Origin: Aquifex aeolicus VF5
Lineage (GTDB): Bacteria > Aquificota > Aquificia > Aquificales > Aquificaceae
Length of the DNA stretch: 32,000 nucleotides
Reading direction: 5' to 3'
NCBI RefSeq assembly: GCF_000008625.1
Contig: NC_000918.1
Coordinates: forward strand, 960,001 to 992,000
Shown here: positions 9,261-18,258 of the stretch, piece by piece
Numbering within the stretch: the first letter of the stretch is position 1
Layout: every line of letters begins with the position of its first letter
Made by a program: the position numbers and the translations under genes
Notes under the pieces: generated by a model
Seen by the model: the letters and a program-made list of their open reading frames with translations, nothing else
Told to the model about the DNA's origin: nothing
Databases searched by the model: none

Positions 9261-9725
9261 TTAAACGTTTGTGTCTATAAGGAAAAGCGGTTGTCCGTAC
9301 TCAACCGTCTCACCGTTTTCCACGAGGATTTTCTCCACTCTTCCCCTCACATCGCTCTCTATCTCGTTCATAACCTTTAGAGCTTCTATAATGCATAGAA
9401 CCTGTCCGGGGGAAACTATATCCCCTACTTCTACAAACGGAGGTGCTCCGGGAGCGGGAGAGCGGTAGAAAGTTCCGACGAGGGGACTTTTTATCACGTG
9501 GTACTTCTTTTCTTCCTGTTCACCTAACTTTACATCTTCGCTCGGAGGTAGAATTTCCAGATGCTTGTACTCTTCCGTTTTCTGGGGTTTTACGCCCTCC
9601 GGTGGCTGGATTTCTTTGTAGGTTTCAATCTGGAGTTTGAAATCGCCCTTTTCGATTTTCAAGCTCTTAACGTTGGAGTTCTTGATCAGATTAATGAGTT
9701 CCTTTATGAAATCCTTGTCCATCAT
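9261..9725 (-). CDS. accB: Biotin carboxyl carrier protein of acetyl-CoA carboxylase
   Basis: Biotinyl-lysine motif [10 protein letters not shown], a Pro/Glu-rich linker and a C-terminal lipoyl-like domain. Its start overlaps the efp stop as ATGA. Confidence 0.9.
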   Translation of the reverse strand: MMDKDFIKELINLIKNSNVKSLKIEKGDFKLQIETYKEIQPPEGVKPQKTEEYKHLEILPPSEDVKLGEQEEKKYHVIKSPLVGTFYRSPAPGAPPFVEVGDIVSPGQVLCIIEALKVMNEIESDVRGRVEKILVENGETVEYGQPLFLIDTNV

Positions 9726-10300
9726 TTTGCTTCTTTAACCCTCTCAACGTAACTTCCGGTTCTCGTATCCACTTTCACTATATCACCTTCTTTCACGAAG
9801 AAAGGCACCTGAATTACAGCTCCCGTTTCGAGTTTTGCGGGTTTTGTTCCTCCAGCCTGCGTGTCTCCCTTAAAGGCTGGTTCTGTTTCAACGACTTGGA
9901 GCTCAACGTGTTTGGGAAGTTCTATTCCTATCGGCTGTCCCTTGTACAGGAACACGATTACTTCCATACCTTCTTTTAAGAATTTAGCTTCTTCTTCTAT
10001 CTTCTCCTTCGGTACCGCTATCATGTCGTAAGTTTGCGTATTCATGAAGTAGTAATTCTCACCGTCGTTATAGGAGTAGGTAGCGTAGACCTGCTCAAAG
10101 TCAGCAAGAGGTATTCTGTCGGAAGCTTTAAAAGTGAGTTCCGTAACGTTTCCGGTGAGCATGTTTTTGGCTTTTACCCTCACAAAAGCCTGTCCTTTTC
10201 CCGGTTTTACGTGTTCGTAATCGAGAACCCTGTAGGGTTCGCCTTTGTGTTCTATAAAGATGTCTTTCTGGATTCTGTTGATGTCTATCTCCGTCGCCAT
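9722..10300 (-). CDS. efp: Translation elongation factor P
   Basis: [15 protein letters not shown] loop with the conserved Lys. I chose ATG 10300 ([12 protein letters not shown], 192 aa). The listed longer ORF runs into the tRNA gene on the opposite strand and is not credible. Confidence 0.92.
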   Translation of the reverse strand: MATEIDINRIQKDIFIEHKGEPYRVLDYEHVKPGKGQAFVRVKAKNMLTGNVTELTFKASDRIPLADFEQVYATYSYNDGENYYFMNTQTYDMIAVPKEKIEEEAKFLKEGMEVIVFLYKGQPIGIELPKHVELQVVETEPAFKGDTQAGGTKPAKLETGAVIQVPFFVKEGDIVKVDTRTGSYVERVKEAK

Positions 10301-10338
10301 GAGGAGATATTTTAACTCAAGTGGAGGGGAAAGGGGAC

Positions 10339-10367
10339 TTGACGAGATAAGATTTTTTCTATATATT
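10339..10367 (+). promoter_or_regulatory. Candidate sigma70-type promoter for tRNA-fMet
   Basis: TTGACG (10339-10344), a 17-nt spacer, then TATATT (10362-10367). It ends 13 nt upstream of the mature tRNA 5' end. Confidence 0.4.
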
Positions 10368-10380
10368 AATAATTTGGCAA

Positions 10381-10457
10381 CGCGGGGTGGAGCAGCCTGG
10401 TAGCTCGCCGGGCTCATAACCCGGAGGTCGCGGGTTCAAATCCCGCCCCCGCAACCA
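10381..10457 (+). tRNA. Initiator tRNA-fMet (anticodon CAT), CCA encoded
   Basis: I folded the cloverleaf by hand. Acceptor is CGCGGGG/CCCCGCA with a C1-A72 mismatch. The anticodon stem is CCGGG/CCCGG with three consecutive G-C pairs, and the loop is CTCATAA. The T arm is GCGGG-TTCAAAT-CCCGC, with a 3' ACCA. Confidence 0.9.
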
Positions 10458-10487
10458 TATCACCAGTATCTAATAAAATAAAATCCC

Positions 10488-11987
10488 ATGAAAATCCTGA
10501 AAGCCCACGAAATGTCTTCTATAGACAATAAAACTATAGAAGAAATAGGCATACCTTCCCTGGTTCTGATGGAAAACGCCAGCAAAGGTGTGTTTGAAAA
10601 TATAAGGAAGTACTTTCCCGATGCAAAAAATATTTTGGTAGTAGCGGGAAAAGGGAACAACGGAGGAGACGGTCTTGCTTTAGCAAGACACCTTTACTTA
10701 AACGGTTTTTCCGTAGACATTTTTCTAGCTTTTGGAGAAGTAAAGGGTGATGCTAAAACCCAGTTGGAAATTCTAAAAAAAATCGGGATAGAACCTCTAA
10801 AGAAAAAGCCAGATTTTAAAGAATACGACCTTATAGTTGACGCAATTTTCGGGACGGGTTTCCAGCCACCTGTAAAGGGAGAAGTAGCTAATTTAATAAA
10901 GGAAATAAATAATTCAAGTGTTCCGATTGTTTCCATTGATATACCCTCTGGACTTTCCGCCGATACCGGAGAAAGTTTTGAACCTTCCGTAAAGGCTGAC
11001 CTTACAGTTACGTTTCAATTTCCGAAAATATGTCACTACCTTTACCCTGCGGCAAAAAAGTGCGGAAAGGTAGAAGTTGTGGATATTTCAATTCCCGAAT
11101 TTCTGGCAAAAGATGTAAAAAGGGATTTACTCCGAAAGAGCGATTTAAAACCTTACAAAAGAGAGCCGGATACGTACAAAACTAAGGAAGGTAGCGTACT
11201 TCTGGTAGGTGGAAGTGTTGGGAAAACCGGTGCTGTAATAATGAGCGCAAAAGCGGCAAGCAGAGCTGGTGCCGGACTTGTTACCGTAGGAATTCCAAGG
11301 GAACTAAATCCTATTTTTGAATCACTGTTGATAGAAGAAATGAGCTTACCCCTTTCTGGAACCAGCAGGTTATCGGTTTTCTGTGTAGAAGAAATTTTGG
11401 AATTAAAAGATAGATTTCACGCACTCGGTATCGGGATGGGAATGGATAGATATGAAGAGGGACAAGATATAGTAATTAGCTTACTTGAAAAATGGGAAAA
11501 GCCTATTTTGATAGATGCAGATGGGATAAATAACTTGGCGGATTACGGAGATTACACACCGTTAAAAGATAGAGAAATTCCCGCAGTTCTAACGCCTCAT
11601 ATAGGAGAGTTTTCAAGGCTTACAGGATACGACACTAAAACAATTACCTACAACCAAATAGATATTGCTCAAGAATTTTCAGAAAAGAACAGGTGTTATT
11701 TAGTTTTAAAAGGTGCAAGGACTGTTATCTCTACCCCTGACGGAAGAGCTTACTTGTTTGCAGATGGAACACCGGCACTGGCAAAAGGCGGTACGGGAGA
11801 CGTTTTGGCAGGCATTCTCACGGCTTTAATCGCAAAAATGGATACAGAGGAAGCTTTAAAATTAGGTGTCTACCTCCACGGACTTGCGGGAAAAGTAGCA
11901 GAAAAGAAGCTTCATACAGAAAGCGTAAAAGCTACCGATGTTACTGAGAGTCTACCTGAAGCTTTCAGGGAAATTTATGTAAATTAA
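10488..11987 (+). CDS. nnr: Bifunctional NAD(P)H-hydrate repair enzyme (epimerase / ADP-dependent dehydratase)
   Basis: The YjeF N-terminal motif GKGNNGGDG and the C-terminal carbohydrate-kinase motif GGTGDVLAG occur in one 499-aa protein. Confidence 0.9.
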
Positions 11988-12004
11988 TTTTTTAGTTTTA
12001 GTAA

Positions 12005-12094
12005 GACGGGGTGGCCGAGCGGACGAAGGCGGGGGACTCGAAATCCCTTGGCGGGTTACCAGCCCGCCCGTGGGTTCGAATCCCACCCCCGTCG
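12005..12094 (+). tRNA. tRNA-Ser (anticodon CGA), CCA not encoded
   Basis: Hand-folded. Acceptor is GACGGGG/CCCCGTC with discriminator G. The anticodon loop is CTCGAAA. There is a long variable arm GGCGGG-ttaccag-CCCGCC. The T arm is GTGGG-TTCGAAT-CCCAC. Confidence 0.88.
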
Positions 12095-12095
12095 C

Positions 12096-12656
12096 TTATT
12101 CCAAAAACATCGAAATACCTGCAATACCATAAGCTCCGTTCTTATAGCACACTTTTATCTTTTCCCAAGTAATTCCTCCAAGGGCGTAGACTGGTATATT
12201 AACTTTTTCAGAAACTTCCTTCAGCGTTTTTAAACCTATTGGCTGTGCTTCTGGATGGGAACTTGTCTTGAAAATGGGACTTAGTGTTATAAAATCTGCT
12301 CCTTCTTTTTCTGCGTACTTTGCACTCTCTAAGGAATGGGCGGAAAAACCTACTATAAAGTTTGGATTTACTCTCTTTACCACGGAAGGAGGGAAACTCT
12401 GCTCTGGCAGGTGTACTCCGTCAGCCTCTACAGCCAGTGCTATGTCAAACCTTTCGTTTATTAAGAGGAGCGCCTTATACTTTTTCGTCAAAGCCCGTAC
12501 TTCCTTTGCAAGTTTATAGAGTTCCCTGTCTTTTAAATCTTTTTCCCTCAGTTGAACCATCCGAACGCCTTTCTTAAGAATTTTTTCTAACGTTTCTAAA
12601 AAGTTTTCTCCGTACTTCTTCCTATCAGTTATCGCGTAAAGCCTTGGCAGTTCCAT
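12096..12656 (-). CDS. thiE: Thiamine-phosphate synthase
   Basis: TIM-barrel ThiE pattern (LYAITD, VQLREK, DGVHL, ADFITLSPIF, ALGGI). Its stop codon lies 1 nt from the tRNA-Ser 3' end on the other strand. Confidence 0.9.
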   Translation of the reverse strand: MELPRLYAITDRKKYGENFLETLEKILKKGVRMVQLREKDLKDRELYKLAKEVRALTKKYKALLLINERFDIALAVEADGVHLPEQSFPPSVVKRVNPNFIVGFSAHSLESAKYAEKEGADFITLSPIFKTSSHPEAQPIGLKTLKEVSEKVNIPVYALGGITWEKIKVCYKNGAYGIAGISMFLE

Positions 12657-12667
12657 AAAGGTTTAAT

Positions 12668-13954
12668 TTACACGTTTCCTTTCTTCTTCCAAACGAGATA
12701 AATCGTAAGAATAACCCTCAGGTTGGTTATTATCGCAAGAACTACGAACAGAGCTTTAATCCATCCAAGTATTGTAAAGATCATTATCATGAAGATGCGT
12801 TCATCCCTTTTTCCGAGGAGATAGCGAAGTTCCTTTATGACCGCGTAAGCGTCTTCACAGTAGGCTCCTTTGTATCTCTCCGTAGAATAGCTCACCATAA
12901 CGCTTCCAAATAGAGCTGCAAAAACCCAAGGCATAAAATCCCACGAAGGTTTTAAATGCATGGCTAAAGCGCTTAAGAAGGCAAAGTCCACGTACCTGTC
13001 GAGGACGGAGTCAAGCCAAGCTCCAAACTTGGTCGTCCTCATCTGAGCTCTTGCGACTTCCCCGTCGAGTCCATCAAGCATGGAGTTTATTTGAAGGAGT
13101 ATTCCCCCGAGAGCAGGAGAAAAGTAAGCCACAAGTGCGGAAAACATACCGAGGAGAAAGGTAAGAACGGTAAGCTGATTAGGAGTAAACTTGTCCACCA
13201 GGTAAGGTGATATCCTCGTAGAAACCTTTCTGTTTAAATTTCTGGAAATAAAACCGTCTCCTACTCCTTTTATTGCAGTTTTAACAAGATACTTTTTCGC
13301 CTTTTCTACGTCTTCTGGTGTGTCTACGTCCATCCAGAAGTATCCAGAAACCTCAGTACACGGAATTTGAGCTCTTTTTGCAAGTTCGCTCATCGTGAGT
13401 TTTTTCTGTTCTTTTAAAGCCTCTTCTGCCACTTCAAATATACTCTCGTCCAGAACGAAAAATCCCGTATCAAAACCATCGTACTTTTCCAAATTTTTTC
13501 CTATATATTTAATTCTTCCTTCTTCACACTTTACTTTCGTCGCTTCATTTTTGTTTATGTAAAGCCCGAGTCTGTCCACGATTAACCCTTTCCCTTCTAC
13601 TGCTTTTTCGAGGAATGCTTTCTCGTAAATGTGATCCGACATTACAACTGCAAACTCGCCTTTAATTCTTCCTTTTGCGAGGTAAAGGGAGTATCCGTTT
13701 TCCTTTTCCGGATGCTCGTTCGGTATAACCTCCGCTTCAAAGTTATGTTCCTTTAAGAAGGCCTTTACCTTTCCCTCAAACTTTTTATTTACAACGATAA
13801 CGAAGTTCTTTACACCTACATCCTGAAGTTGCTTTATAGTCCTGTATAGGAGTTCCCTTCCCGCAACCTTTAAAAGGGCTTTTGGCACTTCTTCTGTGAG
13901 AGGTTTTAACCTGTTTCCTTCACCTCCCGCCAGTATTACAGCAGTTTCTACCAT
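12668..13954 (-). CDS. Bifunctional CTP:inositol-1-phosphate cytidylyltransferase / CDP-inositol:inositol-1-phosphate transferase (IPCT/DIPPS-like)
   Basis: An N-terminal sugar-nucleotidyltransferase motif AVILAGGEGNRLKPLT is fused to a C-terminal membrane domain. That domain carries the CDP-alcohol phosphatidyltransferase signature DGLDGEVARAQMRTTKFGAWLDSVLDRYVD. This fusion architecture is the one described for di-myo-inositol-phosphate synthesis in hyperthermophiles. Confidence 0.8.
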   Translation of the reverse strand: MVETAVILAGGEGNRLKPLTEEVPKALLKVAGRELLYRTIKQLQDVGVKNFVIVVNKKFEGKVKAFLKEHNFEAEVIPNEHPEKENGYSLYLAKGRIKGEFAVVMSDHIYEKAFLEKAVEGKGLIVDRLGLYINKNEATKVKCEEGRIKYIGKNLEKYDGFDTGFFVLDESIFEVAEEALKEQKKLTMSELAKRAQIPCTEVSGYFWMDVDTPEDVEKAKKYLVKTAIKGVGDGFISRNLNRKVSTRISPYLVDKFTPNQLTVLTFLLGMFSALVAYFSPALGGILLQINSMLDGLDGEVARAQMRTTKFGAWLDSVLDRYVDFAFLSALAMHLKPSWDFMPWVFAALFGSVMVSYSTERYKGAYCEDAYAVIKELRYLLGKRDERIFMIMIFTILGWIKALFVVLAIITNLRVILTIYLVWKKKGNV

Positions 13955-13968
13955 TGCATTGGATTATT

Positions 13969-14475
13969 TTACTCCCCGTTTTTTAAGTTTTTGTTTTTGA
14001 GGATTTCTTCTATACAAATCCTTCCCCTTACTACTATGTCTAGTACTCTCAGAATGTCCTCTTCCAGAATATTTGAGAGCTTAACGAGTGCTTCTTTTAG
14101 TTCGGTTGTCGATATGCCTTCCGTTCTTGGAAGGTAAACTACTTCACAGTACTCTTTAAGGTAATCGAACTTCCCCTTCCAGTCGTCTCCCATAACGAAT
14201 ACATCAACGTTGTACTTCTTTATGTCCTCTATCTTCTGCTCCCAGTTCCTTTCGGGAATTACCAGATCCACATACTTAATGGAACGTACTATTTCCGCCC
14301 TGTGCTCGTAAGGGTAAACAGATTTCTTTCCTTTTATAGCGTTAAACTCGTCCGTGGAAACTCCCACTATGAGAAAGTCTCCGAGGGCTTTTGCCCTCTT
14401 CAGTAAGTTCAGATGTCCTATATGAAATAAATCAAAAGTTCCGTAAGTAATGACAACCTTTCCCTTTTTATTCAT
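13969..14475 (-). CDS. tagD: Glycerol-3-phosphate cytidylyltransferase-like (TagD family)
   Basis: Cytidylyltransferase HxGH motif (TYGTFDLFHIGH) and RTEGISTT motif. It lies 14 nt upstream of IPCT/DIPPS on the same strand. Confidence 0.8.
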   Translation of the reverse strand: MNKKGKVVITYGTFDLFHIGHLNLLKRAKALGDFLIVGVSTDEFNAIKGKKSVYPYEHRAEIVRSIKYVDLVIPERNWEQKIEDIKKYNVDVFVMGDDWKGKFDYLKEYCEVVYLPRTEGISTTELKEALVKLSNILEEDILRVLDIVVRGRICIEEILKNKNLKNGE

Positions 14476-14542
14476 AGTATTGAGATTTTACACCCTGATG
14501 TTTCCTGTTAAAATTTTTTTAAAACTTTTGAGAGGTGATGAT

Positions 14543-15232
14543 ATGGAGATACAGACTTTAGTTCGTTCAGATAAAAAACTCACTCCTGAAAATGTAAGGG
14601 AATTTTTAAAAGAAAATTATCCCGAAAAGTATAAACTCATAGAAAACTGGGAAGAACTGCAAGGAGAGTTTGATGTTCAAAAGCTGGGAGGAAACGAGTA
14701 CTTAGTCATATACAGAATCCCCGAAAAGGAGTTTGAAAAGGAACTCGGAATATTCCAAAGTGTTGAAGAGGCGATGGGTGCCTTCCTTTCCACAGCACTA
14801 GAACACGGATGGGAAGAAGTCCCTAAGAACTACGTGATATACCACGCAGATTTTGTTGAAGGCGGAAACAAGTTAATAGCAGCGATAAAGACTGAAGAAG
14901 GTATATCTACTTACGACCAGTTGAAGTTAGAAGAGATGATGAAGAAGATGGTCAGGTATCCGAGGGTTGTAGTTTACTCTTCAGACGTACTTACGTATAT
15001 AAAGGATATATACCCCGACGTTCAGAGTAAGGCTTACGTAATAGCAAGGGAAATCGCAAAGGAAACGGGAAGTGCCCCAGAACTCGAAGAACTCGGAAAA
15101 ATATACGGCGTGGACACGTCTACTCTGGAAGGAAAACTGGAGCTTATAGAAAAGCTACTCCAGAACCCCGTAAAACTTCCCGGTGGTAAAGAAGTAAACC
15201 TGAAACCGTACTGGTATCCTCTGGAAGCATGA
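14543..15232 (+). CDS. Hypothetical protein, 229 aa, no recognisable domain
   Basis: ATG 14543 is preceded by SD GAGGTGA. The listed start at 14450 overlaps the tagD start region and gives an implausible hydrophobic leader. Its stop overlaps the rlpA ATG as ATGA. Confidence 0.6.
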   Translation: MEIQTLVRSDKKLTPENVREFLKENYPEKYKLIENWEELQGEFDVQKLGGNEYLVIYRIPEKEFEKELGIFQSVEEAMGAFLSTALEHGWEEVPKNYVIYHADFVEGGNKLIAAIKTEEGISTYDQLKLEEMMKKMVRYPRVVVYSSDVLTYIKDIYPDVQSKAYVIAREIAKETGSAPELEELGKIYGVDTSTLEGKLELIEKLLQNPVKLPGGKEVNLKPYWYPLEA

Positions 15233-15744
15233 TAGCTTTAATCTTCTTCCTGATTCTTTCCTTCTCTGTTTCAAAGGAATTATTTTTAGAAGATCCCCTA
15301 AAAGAGTTCAGTGAGTTTAAACTTTTCTTAAAAGAAGAAAGAGAATATAAAAGGATTTTCCGAATTTTTAAAGTAAAAAGGGATTGCAGGTACGAAGTTG
15401 GATACGCCTCCTGGTACGGACCTAAATTCCACTACAGGAAAACCGCAAACGGTGAGCGTTTTAACATGTTCAAGCTTACAGCTGCTTCGCGGACGTTTTC
15501 CCTCGGAACTTACGTTCTCGTTTACAACTTAGAAAACGGCAAATTTACTGTTGTGAGAATTAACGACAGAGGACCATACGTGGACGGAAGGATTATAGAC
15601 CTCTCTATGGCTGCTGCCGACGAAATAGGTATGCTAAAAAAAGGTGTGGCAAAGGTTCTTGTGATACCTTTAAAGTGTCTCGCACCTTCCACTCAAGTAA
15701 AGATTTACGAGGAAGTAGTAAAGGACATAATGAAAACTTACTAA
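15229..15744 (+). CDS. rlpA: RlpA-like double-psi beta-barrel (septal lytic transglycosylase-like) lipoprotein
   Basis: An N-terminal signal-like segment followed by the DPBB signature [21 protein letters not shown] ... [18 protein letters not shown]. Confidence 0.85.
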   Translation: MIALIFFLILSFSVSKELFLEDPLKEFSEFKLFLKEEREYKRIFRIFKVKRDCRYEVGYASWYGPKFHYRKTANGERFNMFKLTAASRTFSLGTYVLVYNLENGKFTVVRINDRGPYVDGRIIDLSMAAADEIGMLKKGVAKVLVIPLKCLAPSTQVKIYEEVVKDIMKTY

Positions 15745-15754
15745 AATTTTCCTT

Positions 15755-17128
15755 ATGGAAAAACCATGGTCGGGAAGGTTTAAAGAAGAAACGGATAAGT
15801 TTGTGGAAGATTTCACGGAAAGTGTATCCTTTGATAAAGAGCTCGCCTTTGAAGACATAGAGCAGGATATAGCCCACGTAAAAACACTTCAGAAAGCCGG
15901 CATCCTCACGGAAGAGGAAGCGAGAGAACTCATCCAAGAACTCCTGAAGATTAAAGAGGAGATCAAAGAAGGGAAGTTCCAGTGGAAGAAGGAGCTGGAA
16001 GACGTTCATATGAACATTGAGGCTGAATTAATAAACAGACTCGGTGATGTAGGGAGGAAACTCCACACCGCACGCTCCAGAAACGACCAGGTGGCAACCG
16101 ACGAAAAACTGTACCTGAAGAAAGAAATAAAAGAGGTACTCCAACTCCTGAAAGAATTGAGAAAGACGCTCGTTGAGCTTGCGGAAACAACTGTGGACTT
16201 CGTCATGCCCTCCTACACGCACCTCCAGAGGGCACAGCCCATCAGAGTAGCCCATTACTTTCTGGCTTACCGGGAGATTCTTCTTAAAGACTCGGAGAGG
16301 TTGATGGACACGTACAGACGGGTTGACGAGCTTCCTCTGGGTAGCGGAGCTGTTGCCGGTGTAGACTTTCCCCTCGACAGGTTCTACACCGCCGAACTTC
16401 TCGGTTTCAACAGGGTAACGAGGAACTCTATGTATGCCACTGCGGAAAGGGACTTTATAATTGAATTTCTTTCAAATTGTGCACTCATAGCCCAGCATCT
16501 TTCAAGGCTGGCAGAAGACCTTATAATCTGGAACACGGAGGAGTTTAACTTCGTGGAGCTTCCCGACAAACTCTGCACGGGCAGTTCCATTATGCCCCAG
16601 AAAAAAAACCCTGACGTTCTTGAGTTGATAAGAGGGAAAACGGGAAGGATTTACGGAAACCTGATCGCCCTTTTGACCACCATGAAAGCCCTTCCCATGG
16701 CCTACAACAGGGACATGCAGGAAGATAAAGAACCCCTATTTGACACACTTAAAAACCTTAAAAACATGATAAAGGGTATGACTTTAGTCCTTTCAGATCT
16801 GAGGGTTAAAGAACAGAACATGAGAAAGGCTTCTGGAAACTTCCTGCTTATCACGGATATAGCGAACTACCTCGTAGAAAAGGGTGTACCTTTCAGGACA
16901 GCTCACCACATAGCGGGAAGCATAGTTGCCTACCTACTTGAAAAAGGCAAGAAGTTAGAAGAGATGACTTTAGAGGAGTTCAAGCAGTTCTCCGAAAAGT
17001 TTGAAGAAGACGTGTTTGATATTTTGAGCCCTGAAAGGGCAGCGGACAGAAAGAGGGTTTACGGAGGAACTGCGAAAGAAGAAATCTTGAGGATTATTGA
17101 GGTGGCGAAGGCAGAGGAAGGTTTATAA
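15755..17128 (+). CDS. argH: Argininosuccinate lyase
   Basis: Fumarate-lyase signature GSSIMPQKKNPD and an N-terminal PWSGRF motif. The length of 457 aa is typical. Confidence 0.95.
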   Translation: MEKPWSGRFKEETDKFVEDFTESVSFDKELAFEDIEQDIAHVKTLQKAGILTEEEARELIQELLKIKEEIKEGKFQWKKELEDVHMNIEAELINRLGDVGRKLHTARSRNDQVATDEKLYLKKEIKEVLQLLKELRKTLVELAETTVDFVMPSYTHLQRAQPIRVAHYFLAYREILLKDSERLMDTYRRVDELPLGSGAVAGVDFPLDRFYTAELLGFNRVTRNSMYATAERDFIIEFLSNCALIAQHLSRLAEDLIIWNTEEFNFVELPDKLCTGSSIMPQKKNPDVLELIRGKTGRIYGNLIALLTTMKALPMAYNRDMQEDKEPLFDTLKNLKNMIKGMTLVLSDLRVKEQNMRKASGNFLLITDIANYLVEKGVPFRTAHHIAGSIVAYLLEKGKKLEEMTLEEFKQFSEKFEEDVFDILSPERAADRKRVYGGTAKEEILRIIEVAKAEEGL

Positions 17129-17203
17129 GCAGTTTTTATGGCTTTTCTTATTTACCCTCAATTAAATTTTTGTTAAACTTAAAAATCACTTCGGGAGGAA
17201 GGT

Positions 17204-18252
17204 ATGCACAGTTTCTGGATAAACCTTCTCTTTGCAGTGATAAAGATCGTCGTTATACTTCTTATCGCCCTTGGTATCGGAGCTTTCCTGACATGGGTTG
17301 AGAGGAAAGTCGCGGCACACATCCAAAGAAGACCTGGTCCCATGGTTGTAGGATGGCACGGACTGCTTCAGCCCCTCGCAAACGGTTTAAAACTCCTGAC
17401 TAAAGAAGATCTCTTCCCGAGGTACGGAGATAAATTCCTTTATCACCTCGCTATAATCCTCGCCCTCGTTCCGGCTACGCTCGTGTTTTCTGTGGTGCCC
17501 TTTGGTCCTGAATTTGAAGTCTTCGGGTACAAGGTAAAACCGATACTTTCTGACGTAAACGTGGGCCTCCTCCTCGTTTTTGCTCTCGGTTCTATGGCAG
17601 TTTACGCTGTAGCCCTCGCAGGGTGGGCTTCCAATTCCAAGTACCCCCTCATAGCTTCTATGAGAAAAGCGGGAGTTTTAGTCTCCTACGAAGTAGTAAT
17701 TACCTTCGCCGTAATGGGTCCCATTATGCTTGCGGGTACTCTCTCAACTTACGAAATAGTCCAGAAACAGATAGAGCAAAATTTATGGTACATATGGGTT
17801 CAGCCTATAGCCTTTGTGGTTTACATGTTCGCAGCCCTTGCGGAAATGGGAAGAGTTCCCTTTGACGTTCAGGAAGCTGAGGCAGAACTGGTCACAGGAT
17901 TTACCGTAGAGTACGGTGGTATGAAGTTTGGACTCTTCCCCCTCGTTGAGTGGTACATAGAAGTCTTACCTTGTCTGCTATAGCTGTAGTTCTCTTTTTC
18001 GGTGGATGGTCTCCTATAAATATACCATTTGTAGGATTTGTGGATCCTTTATTTTTCTTGGGTCCTCTATCACCCTTCGTGTGGTTTATTCTAAAAACTA
18101 CGGCGCTCTTCCTCTTTATCCTATGGCTCCACTGGACGCTTCCCAGATACAGGATAGACCAGATTACTCAAAACGCATGGAAAATAATGCTCCCTCTTAC
18201 ACTCTTCAACATTGTTCTCACAGCTGTGTTAGCTCCAATAGTTTGGAGGTGA
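17204..18252 (+). pseudogene. nuoH: NADH-quinone oxidoreductase subunit H, interrupted by a frameshift (two ORFs, 17204-17983 and 17950-18252)
   Basis: The N-terminal ORF has ERKVAAHIQRRPGPMVVGWHGLLQPLANGLKLLTKE and ends ...EYGGMKFGLFPLVEWYIEV-LPCLL*. The family-conserved continuation LTLSAIAVVLFFGGW... is in the frame one base back. The joined length would be 349 aa, normal for NuoH. Confidence 0.8.
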
Positions 18253-18258
18253 TCGGCC

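Noticed and set aside
10301-10417. N-terminal 39-aa extension of efp in the ORF track (start at 10417).
   Set aside because: The extension overlaps the tRNA-fMet gene and its promoter on the opposite strand. The EF-P family N-terminus begins at MATEID (ATG 10300).
14450-14542. Upstream extension of the 14543 ORF, and extension of the GNAT ORF (6856-6894).
   Set aside because: Both extensions overlap the neighbouring gene's coding or start region and lack an SD. The internal ATGs have an SD (GAGGTGA) or an ATGA coupling signature.
17950-17983. Programmed -1 ribosomal frameshift as the explanation for the split nuoH.
   Set aside because: The 34-nt overlap window (G-TGG-TAC-ATA-GAA-GTC-TTA-CCT-TGT-CTG-CTA-TAG) has no X-XXY-YYZ slippery heptamer or homopolymer run, and I saw no obvious downstream stimulatory hairpin. 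A one-base deletion or a sequencing error is simpler.
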